Assembly: GCF_001194135.2 (NCBI RefSeq)
Contig: NC_068983.1
Coordinates: forward strand, 90,843,995 to 90,892,211
Direction of reading: 5' to 3'
Origin: Octopus bimaculoides
Lineage: Eukaryota
Length of the DNA: 48,217 nt
Of this stretch, positions 11,250 through 23,330 are shown in pieces (positions within the stretch are counted from its first letter, which is position 1; every line of letters begins with the position of its first letter). A program made the position numbers and the translations under genes. A model generated the notes under the pieces. That model was not told where the DNA came from, did not search any database, and saw nothing but the letters and a program-made list of their open reading frames with translations.

Positions 11250-13003
11250 ATTCTTTTACTATTGTTTGTTATATAGAATGTTGGCTAGTTTCAGTTTAAT
11301 TTTGGATTTAGAATTATTATAAAGTATTCTTTTTTTGCCTTTTGTAGCTATACAATTTCATCGTTTATTTTGTAAAATGGGAACATTTAAAATTTTTCAT
11401 TTGCGCAGATATCTAGATGTTCACTGCATGAGACATTCCTAAGAGAAGAATCCCTAATTTGTTATGTACATTTACATGGCTGGTGAGTTTCCTTCCTGTC
11501 TCCCCAATGTAGTTTTTATTGCATTGTGGGCATGTGATGTAGCAGATGAATTTTTTTTGTTTTGCATTTCATGCTTGCATTCACTTTTAATTCCTTTTCA
11601 TTCTTGAGTCTTGGCTGTCCCTTGCTTAATTAATTTACATGTCCCACAATAGGGGTCACCACAGTTGGTCACTTACATTGTTTCTTTTTCAAATGTGAAT
11701 CTCACCTTTGTTAGGAGTTTCTTGAGGTTTGGTGGTTGTTTTCGACTGTTGATAATTTGTGGTTTTTTAAATTATTCGTTAGAGATCTGGTGATATAGAA
11801 TTGAGTGGTATCATTTGACTGAGTGCAGGTGTTATGGTTTCTAGGATTGTGGGTGACTACAAATGGAATATTTGTATTTGTATTTTTATTTTCAAACCTG
11901 GCCTGAGTGTTTCTCCAAAAGGTAGAGCTCAAGATTTCCTTTGCTTTTGTTATGACATATTGAATTAACTTGTTGGGATATTTTTGGTTTTGAAGGAATA
12001 TATTAAGTTCTGCCAGTCATTTCTCTCGTCTATCATTATCTGTGACTATTAAGTATATGCACCTTTTAAACCTCCAATAAACAGAAACAGACTCCGGGAG
12101 GAATATATAATATATTCCTGAAGAGGTCTGCTAACTCAAACATTCTAGCAAACCTTATAAAACAAAATATTACAGATGAGGAACAAAAAGCATTACAATG
12201 CCTACAAGAAAACTCATCTATAATCATTAAAGAAGCTGACAATGGAGGAGCCATTGTAATAATGAACAAGGCCCATTACAGGGAAATGATCTTAGAACAA
12301 CTCAATGACCAGCAGTTCTACAGAAAACTAGATAGCAATGCTGATAAATGAACTATGAGAAAAATTGGAAAATTTACCAACAAATTCAAGAATGACTTAA
12401 CTAAAAAGGACTTGGATTGCCTAACCAATTTTGAAGTGAAGACAAGTCATTTTTATGGACGCCCTAAAATCCATAAATCCAAACAGATCAACAACAGCTT
12501 AAAAGACCTCAATATTCCATATATAAAGATTCTCAAACCAACTGATCTCAAATTGTGTCTGATGCAGGACCTGCATCCAGCACCTAAAGATTAAGTAACT
12601 GGCTGGACATAATTTTAAAACCTTTATGTAGATTATTTCCCAGTTTTATCAGAGATGACATGGTCTTCTTAAACCATTTCCCAGAACAGGTAAATGAAGA
12701 GATAGTACTAGTTGGCTTTTGCTACACTAGTAATGGGATACCTAGAAGAAAAAAATCTAATTTCTACCCAGAACTACTTTTGACCACAACTTCCAAACCT
12801 ACCTTATCAGAAACTGGAAAAGATTCTCAGATGACTGCTTTATATTTTGGAACCAAAATAAGAACTTTACAAAACGTCTTAAATTAATAAACAGCATTCA
12901 TGTATCAATCCAATTCACTATGGAAATGAATGAAAAGGAACTACCCTTTCTGGACATCCTGATAGTTAAAGAAAATGAGACAGTTACAACTAACCTCTAC
13001 TAC
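11250..13003. mobile_element. Penelope-like element with 5' inversion: RT N-half on + (12052-13003), thumb plus GIY-YIG endonuclease on - (12049-11250)
   Basis: + strand: IIIKEADNGGAIVIMN...FYGRPKIHK...IRNWKRFSDDCFIFW (12821)...LPFLDILI...TNLYY. - strand: IVTDNDRREK*LAELNIFLQNQKYP...CGDPYCGTC..., then a frameshifted GIY-YIG...SCSEHLDIC. Many lesions. Confidence 0.85.
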
Positions 13004-13125
13004 ATGGGTCCAGGTTCAGTTCCACTACCTGGCACCATGGGCAAGTGTCTTTTACTATAGTCTTGGTCCGACTAAAGCCTTGTGAGTGGATTTGGTAAAT
13101 GAAAACTTTAAGAAGCCCGTTGTAT
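13002..13125 (+). mobile_element. SINE 5' half (5'-truncated)
   Basis: catgggtccaggttcagttccactacctggcaccatgggcaagtgtctt...ttgtgagtggatttggtaaatgaaaactttaagaagccc matches 27937 and 48054. Confidence 0.85.
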
Positions 13126-13127
13126 GT

Positions 13128-13611
13128 TGAGGCAAGTCAAATCAAAATCAAATTCACTGACATGGCCAATGACAGCACCGCCTGACTGGCACCCGTGCCA
13201 GTGAAATGTTAAAGCACCATCCAAGCGTGATCGTTGCCAGGGCCGCTGACTGGCACCTGTGCCGGTGGCACATAAAAAGCACCACTCAAGCGTGATCATT
13301 ACTAGCGTTGCATTACTGGCACTTGTGCCAGTGGCACATGTAAAACAACATTTGAGCGAGGTCGTTGCCAGTGCCGCTGGACTAGCTCCTGTGCAGGTAG
13401 CACATAAAAAACACCATTTGAACGTGGCCGTCACCAGTACCGCCTGACTGGCCCTCATGCTGGTGACACGTAAAAAGCACCCACTACTCTCTGAGTGATT
13501 AGTGTTAGGAAGGACATCCAGCTGTAGAAACACTGCCAGATCAGATCGCCAGTCCTCAATCAAACCGTCCAACCCATGCCAGCATGGAAAGCGGACATTG
13601 ATGATGATGAA
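13128..13611 (+). mobile_element. RTE 3' UTR-only insertion with minisatellite and (GAT)n tail
   Basis: gaggcaagtcaaatc...tandem gccagtggcac units...ttaggaaggacatccagctgtagaaac...gatgatgatga. Confidence 0.85.
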
Positions 13612-13612
13612 G

Positions 13613-14077
13613 ATCATCATCATCATCATCGTTTAACGTCCGCTTTCCATGCTAGCATGGGTTGGATGATTTGACTGAGGACTGGTGAAACCGGATGGCA
13701 ACACCAGGCTCCAGTCTAATTTGGCAGAGTTTCTACAGCTGGATGCCCTTCCTAACGCCAACCACTCAGAGAGTGTAGTGGGTGCTTTTACGTGTCACCC
13801 GCACGAAAACGGCCACGCTCGAAATGGTGTCTTTTATGTGCCACCCGCACAAGCCAGTCCAGGGGCACTGGCAGCGATCTCGCTCGAAAATCCTACGGGA
13901 GCCAGTCAGGCGGTACTGGCAACGAAGCATGACCTTCGAACATTGGGCCTTACCAAGGCAATGACTAGTAACTGAGACCTTTGGAGATATTCAATGCTTG
14001 AGATGACCCGACAAGCCAAGTGAGACCATGGCCCTGGCCTATGGCAGTGGGTGTAACCAGCCCACTTATGAATACCC
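13613..14077 (-). mobile_element. RTE insertion with inverted 5' segment
   Basis: 13613-13925 is a minus-strand 3' UTR and tail. 13924-14077 is the plus-strand ORF end (KHDLRTLGLTKAMTS...RQAK*) plus the start of the 3' UTR. Confidence 0.75.
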
Positions 14078-14329
14078 CTCATTCAAAAATTAAATAACAT
14101 GCATAAAAGAAACGAACTCGCAATATAGCAAGAAGCGTATTAAAAATAACTGTTAATGGATATGGATGTATAAACACCCTTATGCAAGCAGCATGGCGCA
14201 TGTACACATGCTCATACAAGCATCCACAAAGCTGTAAGCATACACATACGTTCACATATTGAGTCAAATTGCTACTTGGTGTTTATAAGAATAGGGAGGT
14301 TAAAGCTAAGCACTATTCATCCATACCTT

Positions 14330-15932
14330 AAAGTAAATTATATTAACAGTTACTCAAATCCATTCCCAGTGCATTGTGCAAAAGTACATTTATATGCATG
14401 TAGGCATCTTAAGAATCTTTCAGAAATTCTATTAATGATCTCATTGGTCCACAGAATAGACAGGGATTCCTCAGAGCAGAGTCAGCATCTCCTGAAAATG
14501 GTATTGTATGCTTTTGCATGCCTTACTATGGACCAAGTTATGATATATTTAATTTTATCTTCCTTCAGTTGCCATACAAAATCAGTCAAAGATGTTGAAT
14601 GTCTCTTATTGATTTTCTTGAAGCTGGCGATAATGACAATTCTTAAATGAATCATCTGTGTGCATGGTACATTTATATACAAGATTTGTACTCATACAGA
14701 GGTTCATCAATGGGTATCTTCATTTCTTTCTGCATGAGCATTTATTATATTTGTATATATATGGCAGTTCCGACTTCATTTCCAATGTTGCTACAGTGTC
14801 AGCTATATCATAATCATTTCTACTATCACAATTTGGCCATATTTGTTGCTTTCCATTGTGGTTTACAAGTCCGTCATTGGTAAGTAGATGCGTGTATTTG
14901 CTATGTCCAACAGTGGGTTATTGAACTGTTGTTACATTTTACTATTGTTTATGCAGTGCATATGCTGTTCTGAATTAGTAGAGTTAGTGTAGGATACTTT
15001 CACAGTGTTGCCGATTACAAATAGCATGGTATCTATTAGATTCAGGAAAACATTTGGTCTAAAGTGAGAAAAACATTTTCCAGCGGTCTTGCTTGAACCA
15101 TGCAAACTAAAAATTGGGATGAACCAGAGGACATTGTGATTCCTACATCTGTTCTTTGGCTTATTTGATCTAGTATGTTGTACAAGATTGGAACAATTTA
15201 CTGTGTTATGAGCAGTTGGATTATTGTGTAGTGTGTGTCTATGAGTTTTTGTTGGTAGTTCATTGCCTTGACCAAGTCTTCCTGGCTTGTATCTTGATCT
15301 GAGTAAGTTCTCACACTGTAACGTGATGATGTACAATGTGTATTATTGGAGGAATTGACAGTGTTGTGTATGCCTGCTTCCTGTATATATTGGACTTTCT
15401 CATGGTATCTAGCACTAGCTGAAACAGCATTATAATAAGCTGCTTGTGATTAGAAAATTTTTTTATTAGCAGATAATCTACAAATATTCTTAACTATAAT
15501 CCCCGTATTATCAAGAGTGGATGGTTGGATGCTACATTTATGTGCTTAATCTGATCATTTGGCTTATGAAATGGTTCAAATAATCCAGTATCAAAACAGA
15601 AGGTAGCATCAAGAAAATTTACTCTACGATAATCCTTTCCCATAGTAATGTTTAGCCCTAGATTTTAAAAAAAAACTTCTGTCCAGAAAGAATAGAGGGT
15701 CTATATACAAGGGATGATGCCTCATATCCCTCGTATATAAACCCCGTTACTTCCAGAAAGGAAGACTGGATTAGTGAAAGGATATATATTCTGACTAGAT
15801 CTGTGACCTGTGCTGAGTCAGTTGACCCCATTGCTATATCAAAAGCATTCTCTCCATAATCTACCATCAAAATCTGGCTTGCACAGCAAGTATTATATTT
15901 TTTTTGCAAAATGACAACTCAGAATCTTTCAT

Positions 15933-15935
<3 letters not shown>
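14330..15935 (-). mobile_element. Penelope-like element (Naiad-like), RT C-half plus GIY-YIG
   Basis: FDIAMGSTDSAQVTDLV...; WFIPIFS...; VKVSY; KCSCRKK*RYPLMNLCMSTNLVYKC; HSTSLTDFVWQLKE...WSIVRHAKAYN...RC*LCSEE. These motifs are typical of this PLE clade; the clade name is tentative. Confidence 0.8.
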
Positions 15936-16004
<69 letters not shown>

Positions 16005-16027
16005 NNNNNNNNNNNNNNNNNNNNNNN

Positions 16028-16069
<42 letters not shown>

Positions 16070-16170
16070 TATATATATATATATATAATACAAATGATGT
16101 ATGAGCATATGCATGTATACATACATATATGTACATGTCTACATCTACATGTATATATAGAAGCATATCC
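15928..16170. repeat. (CA)n/(TA)n microsatellite cluster with internal gap
   Basis: Directly visible. Similar tracts occur at 315-352, 1207-1255, 7089-7131, 24150-24192, 35469-35500 and 40854-40935. Confidence 0.95.
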
Positions 16171-17559
16171 GGGTACAGGACATCAGAAAAATGAATGAGG
16201 ACATAAAAAACAAAAACAGACTTTGTTTACAGACAACAGAACGAACACATAGGAAAACAGACAAGCCACTATGGAATTATTCCTTCATCAGCTGCCTCTA
16301 TTCTAAACGAGGTGTTTTGAAGATAAGGCAGGACGCACTCTTAGAATAGTTTCTTCGTGAGTAGTGGATTAACCCACTAAACAGCGACTTCCAAGGTAGC
16401 AAACACATACCAACACAGGAAAAATTAGACAGTGAAAACATTAAAAGGCCGTAGGGCCAAACGCGCTGAGATAGTGAATGCTGTGAAATGACGAAGCTGG
16501 ACAGAGAGAGATAGTAGTTTCATCTCACCTTTATGCCAGCTGGGGTGAGAAAGGAAGAATTGACCACAGGTCACATGTGAGCAAAGAGGAGTGGTGGAGG
16601 GAGGAAAAGGGAGGATGTTGAACGAAGGTGAGTGACGAGAGACAGGGAGGAAGAGTAAGAGAGATATGTATAGCAGTGAAGGGGAGAAGCAAGGACAACA
16701 GACAGCAGAACAGGAGGGGGAGATAGGTAAGAAGAACGATAGATAGATAGATAGACAGAAAGATAGAGTCGCGTCAGAAATATAAAGATGAAAAAGAAAA
16801 TACCGACCAAGTCTAAATTCTCTAAACTAGCAATACTGAGACTTTGATATGTATTTTAATATTTTTATACGTAGATTTGCAAGTTATTCATAAGAAATAA
16901 ACAAAGGAGATTGAAGAACCCAATTTCTACTAAAACCATAGGGGGAACAACTTCACCACAACGACTACTACTACTACTACTATTGTTATTATCATGACTG
17001 CTGCTAGTTATTCGACAGCTACAACCACTCCTAGAATTCTTGACCACTATTTAATTTACTGAAACAGATAGTAGGAATCTACTTACACAAGTTGGAATTA
17101 CCATGTTTTCAGAACTCAAGGAAAGGACCACGTGCACATGCAAGAAATAACAGTAAACTATGAATGTCATTTTTAATTTTAATTTCAATTTCATTTTATT
17201 AATAGCCCCTTTCTCTTCTCACATATTTTATATTCNNNNNNNNNNNNNNNNNNNNNNNNNNNNNNNNNNNNNNNNNNNNNNNNNNNNNNNNNNNNNNNNN
17301 NNNNNNNNNNNNNNNNNNNNNNNNNNNNNNNNNNNNNNNNNNNNNNNNNNNNNNNNNNNNNNNNNNNNNNNNNNNNNNNNNNNNNNNNNNNNNNNNNNNN
17401 NNNNNNNNNNNNNNNNNNNNNNNNNNNNNNNNNNNNNNNNNNNNNNNNNNNNNNNNNNNNNNNNNNNNNNNNNNNNNNNNNNNNNNNNNNNNNNNNNNNN
17501 NNNNNNNNNNNNNNNNNNNNNNNNNNNNNNNNNNNNNNNNNNNNNTGCTACACAATTTT

Positions 17560-19125
17560 ACTTCAGGAATTGACATTTGGTGCATGAGAGAGTTTGATGC
17601 AGCTGCCCTCATCTGCACCTCCTGCCGCGAAGTTGGTTCATCTTGGACACCTGACAGGAAGAGGTCCAGCCTCATCTTGAAGACACCTACATCCACCCCA
17701 TGCAGGTCCTTCGGGATGATATTGAAGAGCTGTGGACCTCTGAAGCCCAGGCTATTGCAGTATCTTGTCCTACATATTGATGGCAAATTTGGAGTCCTTG
17801 GCACTATGCAATGGCATCCAGTTCTTTTATTTGTGTAACTTTCGATGCCAAAGTTTGGGACATTTCCTTTGAGGATCTTCCAGATGTATATTATGGCATA
17901 TCTTTGTTGCCTATGCTCTAAGGAATAGAGTCTTAATTTCTCAAGTCTTTCCCAATAGCTTATATGCTGCATAGAGGCTATCTTCTTCATGTAGCTTCGT
18001 TGGATTGCCTCAAGTTGTGAGAGCAATAGTCAAAGTGGCTTAGGACAAGTGTCCTCCAGAGGACCATCATCGTTTCCTGATCTCTTGTTCTAAAAATTCT
18101 AAGAATCCATCCGGTCAGTCGCCTGCATTTCATTGACAATTTAGGAACATGAACATGAAAGGATGTATTATTACTCATGTAAATGCCCAGGTCTCGCACT
18201 GTCTCTGCTTCTGGGATTGCAGTCCCTCCAGGTCCAGTGTATTTAATGGGTACTGCATTTAGTTTTGCATGCTGATAGCACAAGGCTTGAAACTTTTCAG
18301 CATTAAACTGCATGTTATACTTTTCAGCCCACTTCTATATATCATCTAGCTCACATTGCAGGTGCATAGTGTCTTCAGGGTTCTGTATTACCTGTGAGAC
18401 TTTTGTATCATCTGCATAACTTGTGATCGTGGCTCTCTGTGTAGCTGAGGCCATGTCTGAGAGGGCCATTATGAACAGTAGTGGTCCCAAAACAGTGCCT
18501 TGCGGAACACCGCTCACTATTTGTGTGTCATTGGAGGTGGCCCCATTGGCTACTACCACCTGACTTCTATCCTTCAGAAAGTCATAAAGCCATTCTCCCA
18601 ATTTTCCAACTATGCCAAGATCACACAGTTTGTGACATATCATTCCATGACCGACTTTATCAAAGGCCTTTGCAAAGTCAAGATATATCACTTTCACATT
18701 TGAGTGGTTCAGTAGCCATTTCAGCACCCAGTCATAGTGTTGTAAGAGCTGAGTCAGGCAGCTTCTTCCTGGTCGGAAACCATGTTGGGTGTCAGGCAGC
18801 AAGTAATTTTCTTCAAGGAAGGCGATTAGTTTTCTTCTGACTATTCGTTCCATGACCTTGCTGATGTGCAAGGTCAGAGAGATAGGTCTGTAGTTCTTAG
18901 CCTCCACTCTGCTACCTCCTTTATGAATAGGGAATATTTTACCCTCCTTCAGTTTTCTTGGGAGTTTGCCAGATGCAAGGAAGCTCTGAAAGTAGGACTG
19001 CAGCGGTCTTGCTTGGACTCGTTTACATACTTTTAGAAGGGTTGCTGGAAATCCATCAGGGCCAGTAGCTGAGTTTGGGTTCATTTCATCTATAGCCCTT
19101 ATTACATCGTCTTCCTATCACCACC
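17560..19125 (-). mobile_element. 5'-truncated CR1-group LINE (RT domain and C-terminus)
   Basis: ORF 18335-19084: ATGPDG...YRPISLT...QHGFRPGRSCLTQLL...YLDFAKAFDKV...SGVPQGTVLGPLLF...SYADDTK. Continues in ORFs 17987-18313 and 17584-18026 (LEAIQR...LRLYSLEHR). Confidence 0.92.
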
Positions 19126-19499
19126 ACAATGAAGATGATGTCACATTTTTTATATGAGTGTGTTCGCACGTTTGTTACCTACGTTAGGCTGATGACTGAC
19201 AAGTATATGTGTGTGAAGGTGTATGTGTCTGTCAGTATACATACATTTCAAGATGTTTTTTTAACAGTCCTTGTATTTTTTATCACTGTGAGTATCTGTG
19301 TTACTCAGTATTTATTCTACAGCCTATAATGTTACACAGTTCAAAAACAGCATCTTCCTTTTTATACACTTGGTTAAGCGTTCATTTCAAAATTGTAAAA
19401 CCCGGTGTTTAGGGTTAGGGTTATACCAAAGACAGGTGGTGTGCGTATTCTTTACCTCCGCCTATTTATGTACATGTATATGAAAGATAACGTGTGTGC

Positions 19500-19532
<33 letters not shown>

Positions 19533-19764
19533 CAAGTGAGTAACACTTGCACATACATGCAAAAAGTTTCATACATCACAACACACATCTTCACTCACTC
19601 TCTCTCTCTCTTTCAATTTCTGCTCTCTTCAAAGCATACAGAAATTAAAACGATCTTACGGAAATTAATAATCACATGATCCCGTATATATTGACAAGTT
19701 TGCTTAAAATAACTTCCTTTGACACACACACACACATACATGCATACACACACTCTAGGTAAAA

Positions 19765-20250
19765 CTTTTGTGATGCATGCTTGTATTTTCTATGTAATTG
19801 TTTAATTATGAGATTGTTATAGATATTAATATCAACATTATAAAAGTTACCAATTTTGTTCGTCAGTACCCATATTCTTGATGCATTCCAGAATGTCTTG
19901 AGTAATTCATTGAGTTTCCTTTGGTGCTGGCTGTAATTTCTTTGTGTATTTTCTAAATTTGATATTCCTAATTATATTAAACAGTTCCTCCTCGAAAGGT
20001 ACTAGAGCTCTATTTGCTGGTGGATTGTTCAGGGACTTGAACTTCTTAATATTTTCACTAAAATTCACATTGTTTTTGTTATTTTTTCTGTTGAAAAAAT
20101 ACACCCTGCATCTCATTCTGTTAATGAATGCATTTACATTTTCAGTCATTTGCCTTAAGTACTCCCTTCTGCTTGGTATCAGTATGTCATTCAGCGATAC
20201 ATCTAAGTTTATTCTTTCCATCCTAGAGCGTCTATTTACAGCAACTTTTA
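19765..20250 (-). mobile_element. Penelope-like element (Naiad-like), N-terminal ORF fragment
   Basis: MERINLDVSLNDILIPSRREYLRQMTENVNAFINRMRCRVYFF...FKSLNNPP...PFEEELFNIIRNIKFRK; then shifted WVLTNKIGNFYNVDINIYNNL...KYKHA. Confidence 0.75.
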
Positions 20251-20741
20251 TATCTGTATTGAATGTATAAAGTCTAATGTATCCTCTAAGTCCATTTATG
20301 AGTGTACTCATAAAAGCTTCCAGAGTAAATTTATGGGAACGTATAGTGTAGGATGAATATAATAATATACAAATAAGACTTGCAAAATCCATGGATTTTA
20401 AGGGGAATTTTAATATGTGTTTCTTCAGTGTTCTGGCTGTTTTCAGTATCTAGCAAAGGGACATTTACCAATTTGCACACATCAGAAAGATCTGTGGTGT
20501 CTGTAGGTGGTTCCTGTGACTAGTATAACTTACCATACATACAGATATATATAAACAATCTGGGAGGGTGGATTTATGTAGTGCTTTACTTTGTACTTCT
20601 GTGCAAATGGGCATCTGTGGATAAGAAGACAAAAAGAGAGAAATCACGCACTCAGAAATTTTTCACATGAAGGATATATATATTTATATATATATATATA
20701 TATCTCCAGTCAGAGATCAACACATCTTTACACAGCTGTGC

Positions 20742-23330
20742 TTGTCCATGCACATACCAGCACAGTCATCTCTCTTGCGCACTACATCTGATACCTCTTC
20801 TTACCCATCTTTTCTCTCAAGATGCTTACACTCTGTCGAACATGCACACTGGTATTGCACATCCAGTGAAGCATACTGGCTTCATTTCTTTCAAGCCTAC
20901 GCTTGTCCTCGGCTGCCACAGCCCATGTTTCACTGCCATATAGCATAGCTGTTCACACACAGGCATCATACAATCTGCCTTTGCCTCTGAGAGAGAAGCA
21001 TTTTGTTGCCAGCAGAGGTAGGAGCTCTCTGCACTTTGCCCAGCGTAATCTTATTTTCACAGCTACACTCTCAGAGCATCCACCTCCACTACTAACTTGG
21101 TCACCTAGATAACAGAAGCTATCTACTACCTCTAGCTTACCCCTATGGCAATTGATGGAGTCTATTTTCTGAACATTGTCAGTGTTTATTTTACCTGTGC
21201 ACCTTCTACACATAAAAGCTATTTTCCCTTTTAACCTTCCTCTGTTATTGCTGTAGCTTTTATGTGTCCATAACTAACACCAGGTATATCTTATGGAGTT
21301 TCTACCTATGCCTTTTCTACAGATTGAACAGGGCCATCTACCTGAAGGGATTCGTAATTTGTTTACCCTCCAACTTAATAACACTTTAGTTTTTTGCTAG
21401 TTTAACTATAAGGCTCTTTGATTCTAAACCTTGCTTTCTTATCTGAAACTTCTCTAATTCTGGTAGTGATTCAACTATGAGAACAAGATTATCAACATAG
21501 AGGAACTCCCTTCTTAAATTCCTCTGTTGTTTCCTGGAGGACTATGATGAACAAGAGGGGGCTGAGGACAGTTTCTTAGTGAACCCCTACTTGTACTCTG
21601 AATTCTTCGCTGTACTCGTTGCTAATCTTCACCTTACTGATAACGTCCCTGTGCATGGCTTGTACAGCTTTCACCAACTACTCGTCTATCCCTAGTGTCT
21701 GCATTGACCATCAGATAAGGGATCGGGAGACCCTGTCAAAAGCTTTCTCCAAGTCAACGAAAGCCAAGTACAGAGGTTAATTTTTGCCTATGTATTTCTC
21801 CTGCAGTTGCCTTGCCAGAAATATAGCACTGGGTACGACTCATTCCATGAACCACCTAATTTACAATGCAGGTGACTTAACCCTAACCAACACCACCAGA
21901 TATTTTAAGCATCTCAGTGATGATTCCTGATGAACCGAGGTTTCTTCTGCCTTTGTCTTTAATTGTTTTAGCTACCATGGTACTGTCAATTCAGATAGCT
22001 GGTCCCTCAGGTGGGTCAACATTTGGCAGACTCTCCTCCTCCCATTCATTCTCCACATTCAGCAGTCTTTCATAATGGCATCTCGAAGCCTCTTCTTTGC
22101 AAGTGCACCCTCATCCTTGTGAACACATTTCTCCCTTATGACATCATAATATTTTCTCACATACTGTCTTGAAGTCTGAAACACTTCAGGTCTTTGGTCC
22201 TCATGTCACTGAACATAGGCAAACTTCTTCTTTTCTGCTTCTCCCTTGGCTATATATACCTGTCTCCTAGCTTCCCTTCTGGCTATTTGATACAGTTCCC
22301 TGCTACCCTGACTCTTTCACTCCGTCCAGGCCTGTATCTTGGCTCTTGGCCTTGTCTACAGTATCGTTCCACCACCACATCACCCTAGGTCTGGTTAGGA
22401 CTTTGCACCAGCACTCAGCAAGCTCTCGCACAGGAGTTCCCAGTCATCTTCTATGTCACAAGTCTGTAATTCTCCTTCTCATCAAATTTCTCAATTAGGA
22501 TGTCCTTAAATCTCTGACCATATGAAGGGTCCTTAAGCTTCCAAATCTTTCTTTTCCAGATTAGTCTGCTTTTTGGCATCTTTCTGGCTTAGAGTCTAAA
22601 CTTACTAGTGAGNNNNNNNNNNNNNNNNNNNNNNNTCACCAGGGAATGTTTTTGTATTTAGGAGCAACCATGCATCCTGCTGTCTGATGAGAACATAATC
22701 GATCTGGCTAGCATAGTCACCTGGCTGGCTTCCTGAAGTTGGTGTTGGAGGTCAATAAATTATTCACATCACAGAACTCCTGTAGCTTTGTTTCCTCTTC
22801 GTTTCTGGAACCAATTCTATGGCCCCCATGTACATCAAGGAAGATACCAGGCTGCCATCCGACATGCCCTTTGAAATCCCCAGCCATGAAGATGAGATCA
22901 TTGTCACTCATCTTTAAGTAACCTGCAGAAGAATATCATAAAAGTGGTCCTTTTGTTCATTTTGTAGGCCCGCTTGTGGGGCATAGGCAGAGATAAGTAT
23001 CACTATACTATTTTGAAAAACTAGCCTGTCCTTAAATACTCTATCGCACACTCTGACTACTTCTATGACCTTATCCACCCATTTCTCTGCAAGAAGTATG
23101 CCCGCACCTCCTACCCCATCACTATTACCTTAGCAGAAGATTTATACGTATGTGTCTTGCCTGTGAGGAACCTGGCTGAAGCTCCTCTCTAGCTTACCCC
23201 ATGAATGCAACATACCTCAACATGCCTCCGTTTAAGCATCTCAACAATCTTGCCAGACCTACCTTTCAGTGTACCTACATTGACAGTGCCAATGATCGTT
23301 TGATAACAGACATATCACATCAGTTCTCAC
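20742..23330 (-). mobile_element. Decayed RTE LINE (endonuclease to RT thumb, internal deletion, small gap)
   Basis: Minus translations DLIFMAGDFKGHVG...GSRNEE...FCDVNNLL..NTNFRK and CRRC...FCYLGDQVSSGGGCSES...WAKCRELLPLL. Collinear with 43200-45950. Confidence 0.9.

Noticed and set aside
13190-13480. Regularly spaced ~60-nt repeats resembling a CRISPR array
   Set aside because: The units are degenerate, the spacers are mutually similar, the array is embedded in a LINE 3' UTR, and the context is eukaryotic with no cas genes.
14470-14730. Two in-frame TGA codons beside Cys motifs of the Naiad-like endonuclease (CSCRKK*RYPL, RC*LC), suggesting selenocysteine as reported for some Naiads
   Set aside because: Neither TGA occupies a conserved Cys position, the copy has many other lesions, and no SECIS was recognised.
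19188-19255. CTGATGA-CTGACA...TGTCAG hairpin as a hammerhead (similarly 20430-20500 on -)
   Set aside because: GAAA or the core is multiply substituted and stem I is unconvincing; too degenerate to call.
19409-19421. (TTAGGG)2-like telomeric motif
   Set aside because: Two units are expected by chance; not an interstitial telomere.
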